A DNA stretch of 64,000 nucleotides, taken from assembly GCA_963663405.2 (NCBI GenBank), contig CAXXSM010000070.1:1-64000 (forward strand), written 5' to 3'. Under the pieces are notes generated by a model. The model saw only the letters and a list, made by a program, of their open reading frames with translations. It did not search any database and was not told the DNA's origin. This document shows positions 10,264-21,524 of this stretch, piece after piece. Origin of the DNA: a bacterium (GTDB lineage Bacteria; Hinthialibacterota; Hinthialibacteria; Hinthialibacterales; Hinthialibacteraceae). Position 1 is the stretch's first letter. Every line of letters starts with the position of its first letter. The position numbers were made by a program, and so were the translations under genes.

Positions 10264-11961
10264 ATGAAAAAGACGATCGTGTTGTTCCTATCAGGATGGA
10301 TTCTCGTTTCGTCGTTGTTCGCTGATTCCACTCCATTACCGCACAGGTGGGTATACGTCTCAAAATCATTGCATCGAGATCGTGATGTAGATGACATCCG
10401 CGCCATTGTTCAGACATCGGCGGAGCATGGGATCAATGGAATCTTGCTCTCCGCAGGTTTCGATCGTCTGGACCTTCAACCGGAACATTATTTTGAACGC
10501 CTTGAACAAGTGAAATCACTTTGCCGGCAGAAGGGAATTGAACTTATCCCTCTTCTGTTTTCCGTTGGGTATGGAGGAAGCGTGCTGGGACATGATAAAA
10601 ACCTGGCGGCTGGATTGCTGGTACAGGGCGCGCGTTATCGCGTGGAGGAAGGGAAGGTTACGTTGATTCCCAACCCACAAACGAGAATCGAGAACGGAGA
10701 TTTCGAACGTTTTAATGGTAACACCATGATTGGCTATAACTTTCACGATCAACCGGGCGCGATCAGTTTTGTAGATACGGATACGCGAGCGCAGGGGTTT
10801 GCTTCGCTGCGCATGGAGAACTTTCAGGCCGATCCATACGGGCACGGGCGGATTATGCAGGAAATTTCTGTACAGCCACATCGTTGTTATCGTATCACGT
10901 TTCAAGTGAAAACCGAGAACCTTCAACCAGTGGGACGCTTTCGCTTCCAAGCGTTGGCGGGGGAACGTTCTTTAGCGCCGCTGAATTTATCCGTCCCAGC
11001 TACGACGGATTGGCAAACGGTGACAGTGGGATTCAATTCGCTGGAATACAAGCAAGTCAGACTCTATTTCGGCGTCTGGGGAGGCGAAAGCGGCCGATTC
11101 TGGTTGGATGATATCCAACTAGAGGAAGTGGGTTTGCTGAACGTATTACGCCGTCCAGGCGCTCCGCTGACGCTGCGCAACGAAAAGACAGGCGAAATCT
11201 ATCAGGAGGGGATAGATTATGAAAATATTCGGGATGTTCAGTTGAATTTCCAATTCGATCATGAACCCCCTGTCATTCATCTTACGCCTGACTCGCACAT
11301 CGCCGACGGCGATGTTCTGCAAGTGGACTATTATCATGGAATGGCGATTCATAACGGTCAGGTCACCGTCTGCATGTCCGAACCGAAACTCTATGAGATT
11401 TGGGATAAACAGATCGCATTGATAAAACAACGTCTCGATCCCGACACCTATTTCTTAAGCATGGACGAAATACGATGTGGTGGAGCCTGCCAGGCTTGTC
11501 AGCAGAGGAACCTATCAATGGCGGAAATATTGGGTGATTGTATCACACGGCAATGCGAAATCATTGAAAAATATGATCCGGGATCCCAAGTCTTGATTTG
11601 GTCGGACATGCTCGATCCCAATCATAACGCGCACGACGATTACTATCTGGTTACAGGCGACTTCAGCGGATCGTGGAACTATATTCCCAAGGACTTGATT
11701 ATCGCCTGCTGGTATTATGGAAAACGTAAAGAAAGCACAGCCCATTTTGACCAACTCGGTTACCCGGTGTTCGCCGCGGCCTATTATGAAGACGACACGC
11801 TGGAGAATCCAAAAGGATGGTTGGACGTCCTGAAGAGCGTAAAAAAGCCGTTTGGCATCATGTATACAACCTGGCAAAATAAATACGAAAAACTAGCGGA
11901 ATTCGGAGATTTGGTTTCTCAACAAGAAGCAGGAATAAAAAATTACTTCAGGAATCCATGA
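10264..11961 (+). CDS. Secreted TIM-barrel glycoside hydrolase (GH20-like) with inserted CBM4/9-like domain
   Basis: Signal peptide MKKTIVLFLSG...LFA; IENGDFE jelly-roll insert; acidic pair LSMDEIR; IWSDM; GIMYTTW. Confidence 0.7.
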   Translation: MKKTIVLFLSGWILVSSLFADSTPLPHRWVYVSKSLHRDRDVDDIRAIVQTSAEHGINGILLSAGFDRLDLQPEHYFERLEQVKSLCRQKGIELIPLLFSVGYGGSVLGHDKNLAAGLLVQGARYRVEEGKVTLIPNPQTRIENGDFERFNGNTMIGYNFHDQPGAISFVDTDTRAQGFASLRMENFQADPYGHGRIMQEISVQPHRCYRITFQVKTENLQPVGRFRFQALAGERSLAPLNLSVPATTDWQTVTVGFNSLEYKQVRLYFGVWGGESGRFWLDDIQLEEVGLLNVLRRPGAPLTLRNEKTGEIYQEGIDYENIRDVQLNFQFDHEPPVIHLTPDSHIADGDVLQVDYYHGMAIHNGQVTVCMSEPKLYEIWDKQIALIKQRLDPDTYFLSMDEIRCGGACQACQQRNLSMAEILGDCITRQCEIIEKYDPGSQVLIWSDMLDPNHNAHDDYYLVTGDFSGSWNYIPKDLIIACWYYGKRKESTAHFDQLGYPVFAAAYYEDDTLENPKGWLDVLKSVKKPFGIMYTTWQNKYEKLAEFGDLVSQQEAGIKNYFRNP

Positions 11962-12034
11962 TTCGTATCCCAATGATCTGTTCTTGAATCATCCAACCGG
12001 CAGAACACTTTGCAGATCATCAAATAAAATCAAG

Positions 12035-12064
12035 TTGACAAAGACTGATTGATATGTCTATACT
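12035..12064 (+). promoter_or_regulatory. Sigma70-type promoter
   Basis: TTGACA-N18-TATACT upstream of GGAGG and the ATG at 12122. Confidence 0.55.
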
Positions 12065-12121
12065 TGGAAAGTCAAGAATGAGGTTATCTCTGGCTGAATG
12101 TTGTAGTTGGAGGCGTATATT

Positions 12122-12934
12122 ATGGGGCTTATTACTGTATCTCGCGGAACATGTAGTGGAGGTAAAGTGTTGGCAGAGTGTATTGCCAACCAGTTGGGGT
12201 ATAAATGCATTAGTCGAGAAATCATCGCTGAAGCCTCTGAACGGTACGGTGTTTCACCAGAGGTGTTGGCCTCATCGATTGATAAAGCCCCGAAGTTTCT
12301 TGATCGGCTAAACCGGGATCGTGACCGTTATCTTGCGATCATCCGGACGGTATTATGTGAATATGCTCTTGATGGGAATCTAGTCTATCACGGTCACGCC
12401 GGCCACTTTCTACTTGCAGGCCCAAAACATGTGTTACGTATTCGTGTGATTGCCAATATGGAATTCAGAATCAATGCGGCGATGCAACGCCTAGGTCTTA
12501 CTCATGAAAAAGCGATAGAATATATTGAACATGTCGATAAAGAACGGAGCCGGTGGACGAAGTTTCTCTATGGTGTGGATTGGGAAGATTCTATTCATTA
12601 TGACGCTGTCTTCAATTTAGAGCATGTCAGCATCCCCAGCGCTTGTGAACTCATCTGCCATATGGTTCAGCTCCAAGATTTTCAATGCACGGAGGAATCT
12701 CAACAAGCGCTAGCGAATCTTGTTTTAAGCAACCGCATTCAAGCAGCTCTACTCGGTGACAATCGAACCGCCTCGGCAAAATTGGAGGTGATCGCCGACA
12801 AAGGGGAAGTAACGGTTCGGGGGAGTGTCAAATTGCAGGAAGCGGCGGAGGCGATTCCTGCAATCATCCAAACAATAGAAGGAATCACCAAAGTTAATTA
12901 TGAAATCGGCCTGACGAGTGGATTTCCATTTTGA
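12122..12934 (+). CDS. Cytidylate kinase-like family protein with C-terminal BON domain
   Basis: ITVSRGTCSGG degenerate P-loop, YHGHAG, VDKERSRW..YGVDW, YDAVFN; BON-like tail LEVIADKGEVTVRGSV. Confidence 0.8.
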   Translation: MGLITVSRGTCSGGKVLAECIANQLGYKCISREIIAEASERYGVSPEVLASSIDKAPKFLDRLNRDRDRYLAIIRTVLCEYALDGNLVYHGHAGHFLLAGPKHVLRIRVIANMEFRINAAMQRLGLTHEKAIEYIEHVDKERSRWTKFLYGVDWEDSIHYDAVFNLEHVSIPSACELICHMVQLQDFQCTEESQQALANLVLSNRIQAALLGDNRTASAKLEVIADKGEVTVRGSVKLQEAAEAIPAIIQTIEGITKVNYEIGLTSGFPF

Positions 12935-13065
12935 TGGCTGTTTAATTTTATATGAAAATGAGTATCGAAGGTTTTCTCGTTTTTGAATTCTACCGCGACT
13001 CATTTTCATTTACAGGTTGTGATCTCAATCATGATGGTTCTTATGACTTAATCGGCAGGTTGTCG

Positions 13066-13461
13066 TTATGAGGTCGGGGAGTCGGTGTTAATCTCCTGCG
13101 CGATTCGGAGAATCAGATCTCGAAGTTCACTTATCTTAAATGGTTTGGCGATAAAATCCACCGCGCCGGCTTTCATGGCTTCCCGCGCTTTTCCAACAGT
13201 CGCAAAACCGGTGATGATAATTACCTTTGTGGAAGGAGAACGTTCCTGCACGAAACGAAGCACGTCCATTCCATCCGGTCCGCTCATCTTTAAATCACTA
13301 ACCACAATATCGAATTGATGGGCCGCAAAATGAGCAAGGGCTGTCTGACTCTCCGTAAACGTTTCCACATAAAACCCTTGTTTTTCAAGAGTGGGTTTGA
13401 GACGATCACAGACGATCGGTTCATCATCGAGTATTAAAATTCGGATTTTCCCCTTCATCAA
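13066..13461 (-). CDS. Single-domain response regulator (receiver only)
   Basis: ILILDDE, SDLKM phosphoacceptor Asp, ITGFAT, FIAKPF. Confidence 0.9.
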   Translation of the reverse strand: MMKGKIRILILDDEPIVCDRLKPTLEKQGFYVETFTESQTALAHFAAHQFDIVVSDLKMSGPDGMDVLRFVQERSPSTKVIIITGFATVGKAREAMKAGAVDFIAKPFKISELRDLILRIAQEINTDSPTS

Positions 13462-13472
13462 ACGTGACCTTC

Positions 13473-13862
13473 CTATCTTTTTCGCATCTTTCTAGCCCGT
13501 TTAGCCGCTTTTTTGACCAATTTCAGCATATTAGACATCTGGAAGGGTTTCGTGATATATTCCATAACGCCGGTAGCTTCGGCTTCACGAAAATCTTCAC
13601 TCGTACCGTATCCTGTAATCATGATCACTTGAGACGGAATTTCTTGCTGTTTAATATATAACAACACATCAAGGCCACTAGGCCCTTTCATCTTAAGATC
13701 CGTAATGACTACATCAAAGGTTTTTTCTTCAAGACGTTTTAACGCCACCGGACTTTCCGTAAAAATTTCGGTGTTTATATCATTCTTCCCTAAAAATTCC
13801 AGAAGTCTCTCACCAACAATCTTTTCGTCATCGATGACCATCACTTCGATAGATTCCGTCAT
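13473..13862 (-). CDS. Single-domain response regulator (receiver only)
   Basis: VMVIDDE, TDLKM, ITGYGT, YITKPF. Confidence 0.9.
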   Translation of the reverse strand: MTESIEVMVIDDEKIVGERLLEFLGKNDINTEIFTESPVALKRLEEKTFDVVITDLKMKGPSGLDVLLYIKQQEIPSQVIMITGYGTSEDFREAEATGVMEYITKPFQMSNMLKLVKKAAKRARKMRKR

Positions 13863-16500
13863 AATTTGTTCTCCTTAGGAAGATTGTTAGAACAAAAACC
13901 GGCGACGGTTCTCTGTTGATCAAACCATGCGCCGCACTCTTTCAAGAATTGATCTAGGTAGTAGTCAATTCGATCGTCGCTCTTTAGATAGATATCAAGT
14001 TGACGCGTAAAACCAATTAGACGCCCTATCATGGCAAGCCGGGTTTCCAGCATTTCTTCGGAAAGATTTTTAATCCGCCCCGAGATGAGATCCCCGTTGA
14101 TTTCGGTTACAAAGTCATATTTTTCTAAAATCAAACCAATTAACTGGGTTCGTCTTGAGCGCCGGCTAATGTCTGTCATACCACCCGTGAAGCGGAAATA
14201 AATATAATTCCTGTTGGATTCGGGGGACATTACACAATCAATGACATTGTAATGGTATCCCAATTTTAAACTGAGATTCAGATATTCTTGAGAAGCGATA
14301 GCAAGGTTTAACTCGACCGTGTTCGCTAAGGGGGACGCAGGAGAGGCGGAACCTATGGCGCTTGACATGAAGGATTCAAAATCCATCTCCGCTGGCTCGG
14401 TGATCCACGTTCCCGGCGAAGCGAGTCCAATAAGAATGGCGCGAAGAGGCTTACAGGTAATCTCTTCAATGGTTAGACGAGTCTGCCGGGATAAACCCGC
14501 GTGATTCGCATCGATGTCAATGACCAGAAGATCAAGAGGAGTGTCCATGTCTAGGCGTTGACATAAAGGATTCCGATGTATGGATTTGATATGATGATTT
14601 GAAGCGAGCTCAACCACTGCTTTTTCATGCGCGAAGCGAATGAGGTCATGGTATGTAGCGCAAAAAGCCGGGGAAAACTCCTTGGATTGAGGATCATGTA
14701 GATGAAGGGGGAGCGATACTCTTTAACAACCGGCGGAGAATACGAAACTCTACCGTGTCATTGTACGAAGAACTTCGAAGTAATTGCCACTGCAGTAGTT
14801 CTTGAACGATCCCTTTGTAAACAATGTTTTCTTCGGCGTCCACGGTGATCTCCATCCCGTCCTGAAGAGTGGTGGTGGCGGTGGAGGTATTGACGATCGC
14901 CGGAACTCGATATTCCCGGGCGATCGTCGCGAAATGACCAGTGGCGGAGCCTATGTCCGTAATCACGGCGCTTGCACGTGAAATCAGCTTCGACAATTGC
15001 GGAGACGCGTCTTTGGAAACCAGGATCGCCCCATCGGGGAACTGAGAGTCGTTTTCCGCGAATTGAACGAGAGAGACCCGTCCTGCGCCGATGCCACGGC
15101 ATGCGACCTCTCCCCGGCCCTGAAATAAGATCGAGTGTTTTCCGAAAGTATCCACAATATGTGGTACGTTTTCCTGTATATCAACATCGGATAACCGCAA
15201 AGGCCGGCATTGGAGTAGATACACTCGTTCTTCTGAATCGACCGCCCATTCAATATCTTGCGCGCATTTCATGAAGCGCTCAACGTGAAGCGCCAAATCC
15301 GTCAGATGGCGAAGGGCGCCGTCGCTGACAGAAGGCCTATTTTTTTGCTCGGAAGGAACCGAGACCAATTTAATCCCTCCCTTAGATTGTGATACGTACA
15401 TTGTTTCTTTGTTTGCGATGGTTTTTGAGACAATCGCGTGAGGGGTTTTGCGAGAGAGCGCAAAGCGATCGACGGGATGCCGGCCTTCCACAACCGATTT
15501 TCCATAACCCGGCGCTGCGGTAATCACTACGTGATCGCTCTTGGCAGCCAACGGATCGAGACTGTACACAACACCGCTGGCGACGGCGTGAACCATCACT
15601 AGGCAGCCAACTCCCATATACATTTTAGAAAGAGGCAAGTTGTGGTCTCTCCGATACATCAACGCTTCAATCGAGTATAAACTGGCTATTACGGATTTAT
15701 ACGCATCCAGAATTCGCTCCACCGGCACATTCAAAATGGTCTCATGGAGTCCTGCGAATGTCAATTCGCCATCTTCACCCAACGCGCTGCTGCGAACAGC
15801 CCAAAAAATCTCTTGTTTTGACCTGTACTTTTTCCGGGAAAGTGAATGGGCAGCCTTCAAAATGTTCCGCTCGATATCCTTTGGCACTGTAGCGTTTCGA
15901 ATCGCGTTTTGTATATCCTCCACAGCTTTTCTCTAGAAGAATTGGGTTCTCCGGCTTTTCTTGGAAGAGAGCATCCATCCTTTCAAGAATTCCATTTTCT
16001 TTTAAGAAACGCCAGCAGGCGTAGGCGGAAATCGCAAATCCTTTCGGCACGGCTGAAGGGAAATGAGTGGACAGATCTCCAAGGCGGGCCATTTTCTCTC
16101 CAACAACATTACTCCATTCCTGTCCAAGAGCCGAGAGATCGAAAACCATTTTATCTTCAAAAATCGCCACATCACCTTCCAGGCAGGCGTGGACTTGTCG
16201 TTTCAGGCGGTCAAATACTGTGATTAGATCCGTATAACGGTTCTCCGTCATGTAGTTTAAATCATACACAATCCTCCTTAGAGTTAGTTCGAGTTCGTCG
16301 ACTAGGTTTCGTAAATATTGCATGTCGAAGAGATACTCTCCTCCGAGTTTTTCTCCGGCGTCGGCGATCAGTTCCATCGCTTTGCAATTGGCGGATAATA
16401 AATCGCGAAACCATTCGATTTTCAAACGAACAGCCGCAAGTTCATTGGAAGCCGTTTGCCGGCTGAAAAGATTTCTCCAGAACCGAATCGCTGAAAACAT
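13859..16500 (-). CDS. PEP/pyruvate-binding domain protein (PEP-synthase-like), split by two apparent frameshifts
   Basis: Three consecutive ORFs (15775-16500, 14694-15923, 13859-14617) join into one protein. Motifs VGEKMARLG, VPKGFAIS, AVRSSALGED, FAG, QDIEWA, LLQCRPL, phospho-His GSATGHFATIARE, LGYHY, FTRQLD. Breaks fall at an A-run near 15926 and a G-run near 14707. Confidence 0.85.
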
Positions 16501-16513
16501 GCGTGCCTTCTTC

Positions 16514-17299
16514 TTAGGATTTGTGCGTTTTTTTACCGAAAATCAAACCTGTGCACAACCCTGCGCAAACGGCAAAAAACACCGCTAAACAACCATAGAG
16601 GAGTCCATGGTTTTTCGCGGCAGACGTAATAAACGTTATAACAGCGCCTCTCTTTAATACGATTGATTTCGTCGATTGAATTCGCGCCTGTCCCTCCCGA
16701 AATCCCAATAAACTGACTTCGTACTCGAATGGGGACGCTTTCGGCGGGAGCAAAAAACTTCCCTTGATTTGCTGCCGATTGTCCTGAATTGGTTCCACGT
16801 TGATTTTCTCTTCTCCGATAAAGAACAATCGGTCTCGTTCTTTGAGTTTGATCACTTCGTTGAATAACGATCTATCCGAATCGTCCGGCGCATTGCAGGT
16901 GACGTATTTGGATACAGCCGAATACCCCAGGCAGTATTTATCGAGGATTTCTGGGGGAGCGATCCCGGAGAGTTTTTTAGAGGAAAGAAGAATGTATAAA
17001 GAAGGAAAACGCTCGAAGACGAGATCGCCGACATTCATCCACAAAAATCCCCATACTTTACCCTTTTTTTTCAATTCCAACGTTTCCTCCCGGCCTTTAC
17101 AGACAATAACCATATCGAGACCAACGGGCGTTATTGCTTCCACGGTGATCTCCGAGCCGTTGTAGAATGGATCGATTGCAATGCGATTTGGAGTAAGCGT
17201 AAACTCTATCTCGGTTGAAGGATCCGCGGCCCACCCTTGAGAAACGAATTCAATTAAGCAGAACACGCTGAGTGGGATAATCCATCGGTGAGCCAACAT
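16514..17299 (-). CDS. TIGR02186-like conserved membrane protein, partner of TSUP transporters
   Basis: Signal peptide, FYNGS, KKKGKVWGFLWMN, C-terminal TM LLYGCLAVFFAV; directly follows the TauE genes. Confidence 0.75.
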   Translation of the reverse strand: MLAHRWIIPLSVFCLIEFVSQGWAADPSTEIEFTLTPNRIAIDPFYNGSEITVEAITPVGLDMVIVCKGREETLELKKKGKVWGFLWMNVGDLVFERFPSLYILLSSKKLSGIAPPEILDKYCLGYSAVSKYVTCNAPDDSDRSLFNEVIKLKERDRLFFIGEEKINVEPIQDNRQQIKGSFLLPPKASPFEYEVSLLGFREGQARIQSTKSIVLKRGAVITFITSAAKNHGLLYGCLAVFFAVCAGLCTGLIFGKKTHKS

Positions 17300-17302
17300 G
17301 AT

Positions 17303-18253
17303 CTAGAGACCTCCTTTGTACATTACTAAAATATCAGGTTTCGTCAACAATCTTAAAAGCATCTCGACCATCACTGCTAAAATGATAAGCGACAACAGGA
17401 TTTTGAGTTGATCCGTTTTCAATCGGTTACTTAGATGAGCGCCGGCCTGAGCTCCAATCACCGACCCTAACAGTAAAATCAACGCGAGTATAAAGTCGAC
17501 GGTGTGATTCAGGGTGGCCTGCATAATGGTTATAGTTGTACAGATAAAAATCTCCTGAAACAAGTTGGTTCCAACCACCACATGCATTGGCATTCGTAGA
17601 AGATAGACCATTGATGGAACCATAATAAATCCCCCGCCGATTCCCATAATCGAGGCCAGGATCCCCACAAGTAATCCAAGAAAAAGAGGAGCATAGATTG
17701 AAAGAGTGATTTTCGAACGATGAAAATAGATTTTGTAAGGGAGCCTTCGCAAAACTCGATTGAAAAATGATGGACATTCCAGTTCCCCTTGGAATTCCGG
17801 CTGGTATCTCCAACCCGTAAGGGCTGTCAGACTGTCATAAAACATATAAAAGCCTACCCCTGCGAGCATGATAACATACACCAACATGATAGTGATATCC
17901 GCTTGGCCTTGGCCGCGCAAGATGTGAATGAGTTTAACGCCAATGGATCCACCGAGAATACCACCCATGAGAATCAAGAATCCCATCTTGTAATCCACCG
18001 CGCCGCTTCGCGCATGGGCAATTGTTCCTGATACGCACGCCGCGATAATCTGGTTCGAAACAGAAGCCGCGGCGATCGTGGGTGGGATACCGATCATGAT
18101 CATTAAGGGGGTTAGCAGGAAACCACCTCCCACACCAAACATTCCAGCAAGAAAGCCCACTCCTCCTCCCAGACCAAGCACGAGAAAAATATTGACACTG
18201 TTTGACGCCACAGGTAAGTAAAGGCACAGGATGTGAGAAGGAGCTGGGGGCAT
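17303..18253 (-). CDS. Sulfite exporter TauE/SafE (TSUP) family protein, copy 2
   Basis: GMFGVGGGFLLTP and MGIGGGFIMVP repeats, VVVGTNLFQ. Confidence 0.88.
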   Translation of the reverse strand: MPPAPSHILCLYLPVASNSVNIFLVLGLGGGVGFLAGMFGVGGGFLLTPLMIMIGIPPTIAAASVSNQIIAACVSGTIAHARSGAVDYKMGFLILMGGILGGSIGVKLIHILRGQGQADITIMLVYVIMLAGVGFYMFYDSLTALTGWRYQPEFQGELECPSFFNRVLRRLPYKIYFHRSKITLSIYAPLFLGLLVGILASIMGIGGGFIMVPSMVYLLRMPMHVVVGTNLFQEIFICTTITIMQATLNHTVDFILALILLLGSVIGAQAGAHLSNRLKTDQLKILLSLIILAVMVEMLLRLLTKPDILVMYKGGL

Positions 18254-18256
18254 TCT

Positions 18257-19189
18257 CTAATGACCTCCTTTATAACCCACCAGGACATCAGGCTGAACCA
18301 GCAATCCCAAAAGCATCTTTACCATTACGACCAAAACAATAATCGACATCAAGATCTTGAGTTGCTCCGCTTTCAGCCGCTTGCTGATCCGCGCGCCGAT
18401 TTGCGCGCCCACTACCGATCCGATCAGCAAGAGTAACGCGAGCATAAAGTCGACGGTATGGTTCAAAGCCGCTTGCATGATTGTAACATGTAGACAAGTA
18501 AAAAGTATCTGAAATAAACTGGTTCCAATCACGACATGCATGGGCATACGAAGAAGGTAGACCATAACAGGAACCATTATGAATCCACCTCCAACCCCCA
18601 TAATGGCGGCAAGAATTCCTACCAACGTGCCAAAGAAAATCGGAACGAAAACTGAAAGCGTAATTCGCGAACGAGTAAAACTCACCTGGAGGGGCAGTGA
18701 TGTCATAATCCGGTTATAAACGGATACTCGTTTTGGTTTTGGCTCCAGTTCTAACGCTAGTTTGCTTCCAGTTAATCCCTTGAGACTATCTTGAAACATG
18801 TAGAATCCAATTCCAGCAAGCATGATTACGTATACGACTGTAATAACGAAATCCGCTTCCCCCAAATGACGTAATACTTTTATAAATTGAACGCCGACGG
18901 AGCCGCCTAAAATACCTCCTACAAGGAGTAATATCCCCATTTTATAATCGACTGAACCGGCTCGTGAATGCGCGATTGTTCCTGAAGTGGAGGCCGCGAC
19001 GATTTGATTGGAGTCCGATGCGGCGGCGATTGTGGGGGGGATGCCGATCATGATTAAAAGGGGAGTCAATAAAAAACCCCCACCCACTCCAAACAGACCG
19101 GATAGGAAACCGACCAAGCCTCCTAAACCAACCAGGAGAAAAACGCTTACACTATTACCGGCGATAGGAAGGTAAAGGTGGAAATTCAT
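18257..19189 (-). CDS. Sulfite exporter TauE/SafE (TSUP) family protein, copy 1
   Basis: YLPIAG, GLFGVGGGFLLTP, MGVGGGFIMVP, GTSLFQ; GGAG RBS upstream. Confidence 0.9.
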   Translation of the reverse strand: MNFHLYLPIAGNSVSVFLLVGLGGLVGFLSGLFGVGGGFLLTPLLIMIGIPPTIAAASDSNQIVAASTSGTIAHSRAGSVDYKMGILLLVGGILGGSVGVQFIKVLRHLGEADFVITVVYVIMLAGIGFYMFQDSLKGLTGSKLALELEPKPKRVSVYNRIMTSLPLQVSFTRSRITLSVFVPIFFGTLVGILAAIMGVGGGFIMVPVMVYLLRMPMHVVIGTSLFQILFTCLHVTIMQAALNHTVDFMLALLLLIGSVVGAQIGARISKRLKAEQLKILMSIIVLVVMVKMLLGLLVQPDVLVGYKGGH

Positions 19190-19202
19190 AATGACTCCTT
19201 CT

Positions 19203-20741
19203 TTATTTTGTGTGATTCATCGTGTACGGTAAAAACACTGAAAAGATTGTACCAGCGCCTTCCTGGCTTTGTACGGATATCTTTCCATTATGCTTTTCTA
19301 TTATTCCATAACTGACGGAAAGTCCCAATCCCGTTCCCATTCCCACTTCCTTGGTTGTGAAGAACGGATCAAAGATTTTATCAAGGTGTTCGGCTGAGAT
19401 CCCGCTCCCGGTATCTTTTACATCCACCCGAATCAACCGCTCATCGGTTTTCGCCGCATGAATACTCAATTTCCCTCCCGTCGGCATGGCTTGGATACCA
19501 TTTAAAAAGATATTTAAAAAAACTTGTTGGAGATTTCGAGAATTTCCTTTAATTAGAGGAAGATCGTCATTCAAATCCAATTCCAATTCGACATTGTTAA
19601 GCATCGCTTCATTCGTAATCAATTTCAACGTTGCCGTGATAACTTCTTTTATATTCAAAGAAACAAACGCCGGTTTCTCCATTCGAGTGAAGTCGAGAAG
19701 ATTGCGAACTGTGCCGCTGGCCCGTTCCACCTGTGTAAAAATATCTCCCAGCATTTTTTTCTTTTGATTTTCGGGATAATCATCAAAGTCATCAAGGAGT
19801 GATTCTGTGATAAGACTAATATTGTTAAGGGGATTATTGAGTTCATGAGCAATACCGGCTGTAAGCGTTCCAACAGCCGCCATCTTGCGGGATTGCATTA
19901 GTTCTTCCTGATGGCTCTTGAGTTCATAAACCATGGTATTCATAGCAATGGTAAGATTGGAGAATTCATCCCGATATTTCCGCGCAGGCAAAATGGGCGA
20001 GAAATCCCCCGCCGCGATTCGCTGCGTGTGTCTCTCGAGCCGATTCAAAGGCCGAACAATTTGTCGAGCTAAAAAACTAGCCATATAAATCATGAGAAGA
20101 AGAAGAAGAACCAGTGAACCTGTGGCTGTCAAAGTAGAAGTATGAATAAGGGTGTGCATACGATAGCGTTCCTGTAAAATCACATCCGCCGCATATTGAA
20201 GAATTTGAGTTCCCGCCGCCCGCAATTCTTTTTCAATGATTTCTTGTTCTTTGGATCGTTGCAAAGAAGAATCCTGGCGCAAGCGAAAAAGGTGGTGAAG
20301 TTGCTGGTCGTATTGTTCGAGAGAACTCCGCATTTTTTCGAAATCCTCGTTGCCAATCACTGATTGGATTTCAGCCTCGTACGTTTCGAGAATCGTCTTG
20401 GCTTTGGTTATTTGATCCAAGGCGTCTTGGAGATTCGCATCATACAAGAAAAAGTTCTTTTCAAAACGGCGCGCTTGGAGGATTTCAAAGTGAAAATTCG
20501 CAACAGTTTCAAGAAAAAACTGTCTTTCTGAAATCCTGGAAATCAGGATGATAAGAGCTACAGTGATCGCGGAAGTAAGTAAAAAACAAAGGAGAAAAAC
20601 CAACGAAATCCGAAGTCGAACACTAATTCTAGGCCGTTCACTTAACGCTTGATGCGCGGCCTTCGCAAGTATTTCTTCTTCCGTGGCGCTGCTTGAACCG
20701 GGATGATCCTCACTTGAGGAAATGAATTCGAACTGACTCAT
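19203..20741 (-). CDS. Membrane sensor histidine kinase (4-helix sensor, HAMP, HisKA, HATPase; NtrB-like)
   Basis: Two TMs, [26 protein letters not shown]-box, [27 protein letters not shown]. Confidence 0.92.
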   Translation of the reverse strand: MSQFEFISSSEDHPGSSSATEEEILAKAAHQALSERPRISVRLRISLVFLLCFLLTSAITVALIILISRISERQFFLETVANFHFEILQARRFEKNFFLYDANLQDALDQITKAKTILETYEAEIQSVIGNEDFEKMRSSLEQYDQQLHHLFRLRQDSSLQRSKEQEIIEKELRAAGTQILQYAADVILQERYRMHTLIHTSTLTATGSLVLLLLLMIYMASFLARQIVRPLNRLERHTQRIAAGDFSPILPARKYRDEFSNLTIAMNTMVYELKSHQEELMQSRKMAAVGTLTAGIAHELNNPLNNISLITESLLDDFDDYPENQKKKMLGDIFTQVERASGTVRNLLDFTRMEKPAFVSLNIKEVITATLKLITNEAMLNNVELELDLNDDLPLIKGNSRNLQQVFLNIFLNGIQAMPTGGKLSIHAAKTDERLIRVDVKDTGSGISAEHLDKIFDPFFTTKEVGMGTGLGLSVSYGIIEKHNGKISVQSQEGAGTIFSVFLPYTMNHTK

Positions 20742-21524
20742 AGAACACTCTTTCAGAAACTCTATATTTTCATGTTTCCTATTGTCGGAACAATTCTATT
20801 TTTTTGAGAATAAAAAAATACTTGTTTCAGAATGAATTTAGAAACCCAAGCATATTCTCCAATTGTATCAGTATTTTTGTCTGAAATAAAAGGTCTTTCT
20901 ATTTCTATCTATAAGCGAAGATACCGATTGAATTTCCAGATGTATAGACTGTTTCATTTTATCTGCAACATGACAAAAAAAAATTCCTCACAACGTATGT
21001 GGATTATTAGTCATTTTGTTAGTTTACTTTGCGCAAAATTCTTCCTATTTTTTTGTTATGATCCATAAAATACAATGATTTTAGGTATATTGAGATGTCT
21101 TTTTTTTTACCATACTCTATCTGAAAAATACTGACACGGATTTCTGATACGAAGGTGTTGTAGTGGTGGTTTTGTTGTTCTGGGAAATTGTTTGTGCGAA
21201 GGTATTCTTGATTTGTGGGAAGGTTTTGACATGGCATCCGCTGAATTGCTTCAATTGATTTCATATCAATCGGCAAGCAATCTGAGCGAAACGTCCTGCC
21301 AATCTTATGTATCGATTCCAGATGATTTTCTTAGATCCACTGTGTTCCAAATTACATACAAACAAACGGTGTAAAAGAGAGCATGTATGTGTTGTCCATA
21401 CTTGAAATCCTGCTTTTCATACAGTCCTGCAACCGGAAATCAATAAAAGTTTGAATGAAAATGGCGGTTGGATAATCTCGAGTTGAATTAAGTATGAATA
21501 TCAGCGGTTTATATGAAAATGAGT

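Noticed and set aside
21232-21302. Sigma-54 promoter upstream of the kinase operon
   Set aside because: The TGGCA...GC candidates have 13-nt (+) and 11-nt (-) spacing rather than the required GG-N10-GC.
20832-21374. Short ORFs between the kinase and the antiporter
   Set aside because: AT-rich intergenic sequence with overlapping short frames and no motifs.
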